Below, piece after piece: positions 57,506 through 64,000 of a stretch of DNA of 64,000 nucleotides. The DNA comes from Welwitschia mirabilis. Lineage: Eukaryota. The stretch covers positions 24,924,849 to 24,988,848 of the forward strand of contig JBOZIK010000001.1 in assembly GCA_051453625.1 (NCBI GenBank), written 5' to 3'. Position 1 is the stretch's first letter; every line of letters starts with the position of its first letter. A model generated the notes under the pieces. That model was not told the DNA's origin and searched no databases. It was given only the letters and a program-made list of their open reading frames with translations. The position numbers and the translations under genes were made by a program.

Positions 57506-58484
57506 GGTATAACCTAGGGGAAAAAATTACCACATAGAATCACTTTTTCTAGTTAGTTTAAAAGCCAATTGATAGTGTTATATTTTAGCAGTTGTTTATT
57601 GCTTAGACACAAAGAAAAAAGAGAATCATAGAATGGTCTTTGTAATGCAAACAGGTTTTTAATGCAATCAAAAACCTTGTTTCTCTCACTACTTATAATG
57701 GAATTATGTATAGAGAACCATTATAGATGAAAGCTTCAGGATTAAATTTCTCTCTGATTATCTCCTTCATTACATTTGTGCCAAACATGATAGAACTAGT
57801 TTTAAGAAGGTATTTTCTAGAAACACAGAGGCCCTAGAATCTGGGTGTAGATATTAAATCTTTTAATAACTTAAAACATATCAACTAATCAAAAAAAAAA
57901 CTACAACTTGCAAAATTTAAGAACAATTAATAAGTTACTATATTTGTTACTAAATAGATTATTAAAGTAATGATTGAGAGAAACCAAATATCAAATTAAA
58001 TTANNNNNNNNNNNNNNNNNNNNNNNNNNNNNNNNNNNNNNNNNNNNNNNNNNNNNNNNNNNNNNNNNNNNNNNNNNNNNNNNNNNNNNNNNNNNNNNNN
58101 NNNNNNNNNNNNNNNNNNNNNNNNNNNNNNNNNNNNNNNNNNNNNNNNNNNNNNNNNNNNNNNNNNNNNNNNNNNNNNNNNNNNNNNNNNNNNNNNNNNN
58201 NNNNNNNNNNNNNNNNNNNNNNNNNNNNNNNNNNNNNNNNNNNNNNNNNNNNNNNNNNNNNNNNNNNNNNNNNNNNNNNNNNNNNNNNNNNNNNNNNNNN
58301 NNNNNNNNNNNNNNNNNNNNNNNNNNNNNNNNNNNNNNNNNNNNNNNNNNNNNNNNNNNNNNNNNNNNNNNNNNTGATTTTACATAATAAATATAAGGTT
58401 TAGTAATAATCATCAAATAAAACATATCAAATTTCTGCTACAATTATTCTAAGAGGCAAATAAAAAATTTAGAAAGAAACATAC

Positions 58485-58630
58485 TTAAAACTTTCTAAAA
58501 AGACTTTAACTACAACTGCTTCCCATTTGAATGACACCCATGATAACCTCATTCAAATTCACCTCTCCCCACTTCATTTAAAAAATTTATTTATTTCTTC
58601 TTTCATTATCCTCTTCTTCCCATCATTTAC
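58485..58630 (-). pseudogene. Probable protein-kinase (RLK-like subdomain I-II) exon fragment
   Basis: The AG...GT-bounded segment reads NEVGRGEFE*GYHGCHSNGK and, after a frameshift, AVVVKVF. Compare N.IGRGGFG.VY.G...NG..VAVK. Confidence 0.5.
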
Positions 58631-61600
58631 CTATTAAAATATAGTAAATCTAATGCCTCAGCTTCCCACTAGTTAGGCACCTATTAAGACACATCACAGT
58701 ATTTCTATAAATAAAGCCTCTTAATACCCATAGTTCTCTATAATCCATTAAGCTCTTTTAAATGTAAAAAGCTAAGTTTCTTTATTTAACAGATTATGAA
58801 ACATTGTATTATAAAATTCTTAAAGGTATTTAGATTAGAAGTATTATTATTATTATAAAGAGCCATGGAATACTGCGTGTTTAAGAAGTTAATGAAGGTA
58901 AACCTCCAACAGTTTAAATAATAGTTATTAAACCAGATGATTCCACTAAATTATCATTACTTCAAATGCAAATTAAAGTCATGTTGGAGTTTATAAGTGT
59001 AATGCATCATCACATTGATAAAATAGTAAAGGAGAGATCAGGCTAGAATGGAAACCTCAGATGTGTAATAAAAGATCATACTATGGTTTTTGCAGCTTAG
59101 AAATTATAGGTCCACCATGAAAACAAGGCCTTTAAAGTCTTTCTAGCCACCTGCATGCATTATGAATATTCCTTGCTAGTTTTAGTTTCCTTGTATTTTC
59201 ACAAGCCATCCATAACTTATATTACTTCTAAACTTTTCAAATGAAAAGAGCTCAAATGCTTAATAAAGCAAAATAAAATGATAGGGCTTTAGTGGAGGTG
59301 GACCACTAATTTCTTCTAATTTTGAATAGCATTTCTATTAATGTCTTCTTTGCCAAAACTCTAAGGCATTACTTTTAGTGGTTCTTTAAAGCTTAATTTG
59401 TCTTATCTATTTTTTAAAATGAAAAATTAGAAATGAAGGCTTTTAGAGCTTAGCTTTCATTTTCCTTAGCTTAGCTTAGATTTCATTTCTCTCTTATTAT
59501 GTTTTTTATTTCAATTTGCTTGTCTTATCAGAAATATCCTTAATAACATAATCAAAAACTAGCAAAAACGATTCTTAAAAAAGATATTAGGGAAAACATT
59601 TCTAAAATAAAATTATAAATAAGTGTAAAAGAAGAGATGATGGTAAAAAATATCAGCTAGAAAGACTTTCAAACTGAATTTTTGTGATACAAAAATAGCT
59701 ATTCAATAAGCAAGACATTGTTCTAGTTTGTGTTTTCCCACAAGGTAGAAGGAAAAATGAAGGATGTTCAAAGATAAGCAGCTTACTCTATGACTGTCTA
59801 TTCCAAACTAAAACANNNNNNNNNNNNNNNNNNNNNNNNNNNNNNNNNNNNNNNNNNNNNNNNNNNNNNNNNNNNNNNNNNNNNNNNNNNNNNNNNNNNN
59901 NNNNNNNNNNNNNNNTTAATATTATTTTTGTGTAAAAAATCTTTTTTGGCTTCTGGATAAGTCTTTGAACAAAGTTATTTGTAAATTATTACCAAAACAT
60001 GCATAGGTTAAGTCTTGTGCTTTTTGGCCAAGAATTCTTTAAACTGTTTTAACCAACTACATAAATTCAGAGTATTTGAGAATTGAAAATAATTCACATA
60101 TTTTCATTAACTTGGGAAAATGATTCTTTTACCTTAATCAAAGTTATATAACAAATGTAGGATTATATTAATAACTGCAACTCTTTAATAAAAGAAAAAC
60201 ATGGGAAAGAAAAAACTTGTGGAACCCTAGAAACAATTGTGATAATGGCTGTAATAGTTGAATCAATTAAACAAAGTTGCTCAATGGGTTCTGGAGCATT
60301 AGAGAATGTAAGAGTTGTGTTCAGGCTTATTCTATTTCCCTCTAGGATTTCTCGTGTGTTACTTTTTGTTATAAAATACTCATAATTATTTTTTAACATT
60401 AAATAAATATAACACTAATTGTTGAAATTGAATAAAACTTGCCTCAACTCCAAAGACACGTACTAGGAGGCCAGGGATAAAGAAGCTGAGGAATACTTCA
60501 ATGGAGGCTTTATTTCTTCCTAAGAAAGCCCTTGCCATGTGGTAGCATTTTAGATAGCTATCTCTTTTGATTACTCTTACTAAAGTATCTATAGCCCAAA
60601 GCCATTCCCCCATCCACCACCTAAGCCATTGGTGTTCAAGTCTTTTAGTTCCTACAAATCCAAACTAAATTAATAAAACATTAACCTATATTTAGAGAAT
60701 TTAATGAGAGAAGGATGTGGTATAGAAATAAAATTACTTATAAAAAGATAGGAGGAGACCTTATATTGATTGAAACCAGTGCCTTGATTCTTGGATTACT
60801 AAGTACATGGGTGTGCATCTTGCTCTTCTGGTTGACATCTTCTACTTCACCTAGAAAATAAAACAAGAAAATTCTTTCAAAATTTACCCACTAAAACCAA
60901 AATTTCTTTAAATCGGTTATAACAAGTTAGGGTTTTGGCTTTTATAGCCCCACCTTTACATTAGTAGGTGGTCATAGTTTTTTTTATTGCTATCGAATAC
61001 CTTGAATTTGATGTCCATGTAATTTTTACTTAAGAAACCTAAATATAAACCTTAGATTCTAAACCATATCTATTGATGATCAAGAAAGTATGAAAATTTA
61101 TGAAGTATTAGTCAAAGAAGCCAGATAAAAGGCACTACTTGAAGCTAAGCAAAAGGTAATTATGAAGCCAATAATTAAACATGGCCTACTTTGAAGATTG
61201 ATGGTTCAAAGATGGATGGTTGGAAGTCACATTTTAGTAAATGATGTAAGATAAAACCAAGGATAGCTTGACAACCTAATGAGCTTGCCAACACCTTATT
61301 AAGAAATGATGTGGTATATCTTGAAAAAATTAAACTAATTACTAGATATAATAATTTTTTACATTATAAAATCCTATAAAATTAAAAGTGTTAACATGAT
61401 AGATAATACTGCATTAATGTACTAAAACATATACTCCACTATTAGTAGTTGTTGTCTGTATTAAAGAATAATATGCCCATGAATATGAGACAAGTTAGTA
61501 ACCATTCGGATATTAAAAAAAATAAGTTGCAGTGTTTAATTGAAATGAAAATTTTGTTTTCTCAAAGATCCTGGTTCTCACTTAAAAAGGGCAATCAAAA

Positions 61601-62942
61601 TGCTATGCGACATAATAAACTTGGAATGGAAAGATATGTTGCTACAGCATACATAGAATACTTACGATGGAAATCTTGATTCTAAGACAAAGAAAAAAAA
61701 TTTAGTTAAGAAATTTATAGCACTCTTTCTACTAGGAATAATGGAAATTTATTCTATATCCTAATCCCCTCTGAAACTAAAGATAGAATGATGTCCTAGC
61801 ATATGCATCATGTAACTTACTAAGAATACAGATAGGTGAAAGTAATCACTTGATATGTAATCTCAAATGTGAAATTCTAACCCTCAATCTCCATCTCCAT
61901 CTCCACTAGAAACACCTTTCTTTCTTGGACTTTACTATTGCTCTTTAGGACTGCACTTGCTTATCTTTAAAGATAGTGTCTAGGATTATTCTAGATGTGT
62001 AGAAGTTATTTAATATCCTCATATAGAGTTTTATTCCCATCCTATATGTTTAGCCTTAATAAATGAACAAGTTGTAATTTCCTATTTCTCACAATGTCAT
62101 ATCAGCTACTTTACTAATTTTTACAATCCAGCAACTAGTATGGTAGTAGTATCATTACAAATAAAATAGAGGGAAAAAATTGAGTTATAGAGTATTTGAT
62201 AATTGATACTGACTTATGAGTTAGTAAAGTAGACTCACATGAAAGTCATACTCCATGTATATCTTTTGTCTTGTAAAGAGGCAAAGAGGGATAGAAACAC
62301 ATCTTAAAAGCTTCTCCTCTTCTAGAAGTCTTCCTTCACATTCATAGGACTTTGATAAGTCCTATTCTTATTATGTATTTAAAAAGGAAAACAGATTAGG
62401 GAAAAATAAATAGTGCCATCCTAGTAAACCCTTAAAAATGCAAAGACAGGAAAAGGACTATTTGGAAGTAATAAAAGTTAAAAATTTTACATTCCATCCA
62501 AACAGGGATGTAGGATGGAGAGGAAGCAAAGACTAAGAACTAGAGGGGAAGGAAACTATGAAGAGTTAACTTATTTCATTACCTATCTAGAAAAGTATTT
62601 AAATTTAAAAGAGAATTTTAAGAATAAAAACACAAAATTTAAATACTAGATGAAGATAAATTAGATTATTTTGTGGAGATCACAAAAGGTATCACAAAGA
62701 AGTAATTAAAATGGTTGATGTGCTATAAAGGCTATTTTATATATTTGTTTTCTTGATAGAGCTTTATCCAAGTAACAACTTCATATTAGTAGGAAATTGC
62801 TTCTTGAATATAGACACACTATAGCCTTTGACCCTTTTCTCATGTTGCATATAAGTACACCTATTATTGGAATTAAAATGGAGTGAAAGGAAAACCAAGG
62901 ATAGAATTATCAAAATGCACTACAAGATGTCTAAGGATATAT

Positions 62943-63354
62943 TTTGGTAACTTCAAATTGATCATAAAGTATTATAAAATTCCCTTTTAAGATAATAAGC
63001 TCCTCCATCATTGTTATTTTTTTCTATAACAAAGTAATGGTCTTTGCATTAATAGTTGCATTTATCTAAAGTTTGTTGTTATATTATTATAAGTTAGTAT
63101 TATATTCTTGTAATCTTCTATTGATATCTTGTAATGAATCCACCTAAGCACATACTAAGTAACACATTGTAATAAACAAAAGCAGCAAATAAATGAACCA
63201 GAAACAATTTTGAGCAAAGTCATCTCTAGCATACCTGTTCATTAGCATTGGAGGCCTCTTGTTGAGTTTTGTTGGATTCTTCAGTCAACTAAGCTTCTAC
63301 TCTCTCTATAGATTATTGTGCATTTCTTTCTTTCTATAATTCTTGACTACATTC
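62943..63354 (-). pseudogene. Two-exon fragment of a kinesin-14 (ATK1/KATA-type C-terminal motor) coiled-coil stalk
   Basis: Exon 63354-63235 reads ECSQEL*KERNAQ*SIERVEA*LTEESNKTQQEASNANEQ. A GT-AG intron spans 63234-63144. Exon 63143-62943 reads VDSLQDINRRLQEYNTNL**YNNKL*...MMEELIILKG, matching the recalled plant kinesin-14 motif KRLQEYNTSLQQYNSKLQ. Confidence 0.8.
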
Positions 63355-64000
63355 CTAAAATAACATTAAAAAAACCATGTTAGATGTAGGTGAAAAGTCA
63401 CATGTACCACTGGCTATAATTAAGAATTAAAAACCAACTTGATGGAAGTTATACATATTAACAACCAAATTAGATATCAAAAAATATGCTAGGGAACTTT
63501 TTGTGAAGATATAAGCAAACTTTATTTATGCCATGGACACCATAAATCAATCATGACATGACTTCTTTAAGTAAGCCACTAGCTAAACTATGACAATCAA
63601 CATTGAAAAAATCATTCAGATTCCTAAGGAAAATAATCTCAAATATTTGTATTATAATGAAAATATGTATCATTCAAGTTGTTTGTTTATAAATAAATAT
63701 ATGTTGTAACATGTCAAGCTTGAATAGAATGGTTATTTGTAAAAATCTTAAAACAATTATATTATTCAGCTTTACATAAATACTCTGTGGCATCTAAAAA
63801 GACATTGAATGGTTCATAGGTGTTTGCTGATGTGTTTGTTTATAATGATAATTATATTTCATGCATATCAATGTTCATTTGTATTATTGAATTAATTATG
63901 CCATTATCCAAATAACTTCCTTTCTTTTATGACATTTTCTAACTAGACTAAATGCAACATGTTTTAGAATTTTGCCTTGGATGGTAATAACTATATTACT

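Noticed and set aside
1..64000. A novel prokaryote-type system (retron, DGR, defence island) built around reverse transcriptase
   Set aside because: All RT sequence is explained by LTR retrotransposon pol, and there are no operons or intact genes.

Overview
This is an AT-rich eukaryotic window, most likely land plant, with very few CpG dinucleotides and 12 N-gaps. It consists almost entirely of decayed transposable elements, and I found no intact protein-coding gene, RNA gene or CRISPR array. From left to right: (1) a minus-strand Athila-like Ty3/gypsy element (1-8636, 3' end outside the window) next to an older Athila-like remnant; (2) a plus-strand Sirevirus-like Ty1/copia element (about 13749-44220) with gag and an env-like ORF but no visible pol, interrupted by two nested Athila-like elements (14745-23981 in its 5' LTR and 27109-39728 in its env-like ORF); (3) a hAT transposase pseudogene (about 45.9-48.4 kb); (4) a second, degenerate copia polyprotein (about 49.8-52.8 kb); (5) a CACTA terminus at 57190 followed by exon-like fragments, including a recognisable two-exon piece of a kinesin-14 gene and a probable kinase exon. 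Decay is dominated by C>T/G>A changes. The sequence does not support a new biological system. The best leads are the putative Pack-CACTA gene capture, the pol-less Sirevirus, and the CpG-eroded palindrome arrays. All family calls come from manual translation and motif recognition, not database searches. Several gaps appear to join different repeat copies.
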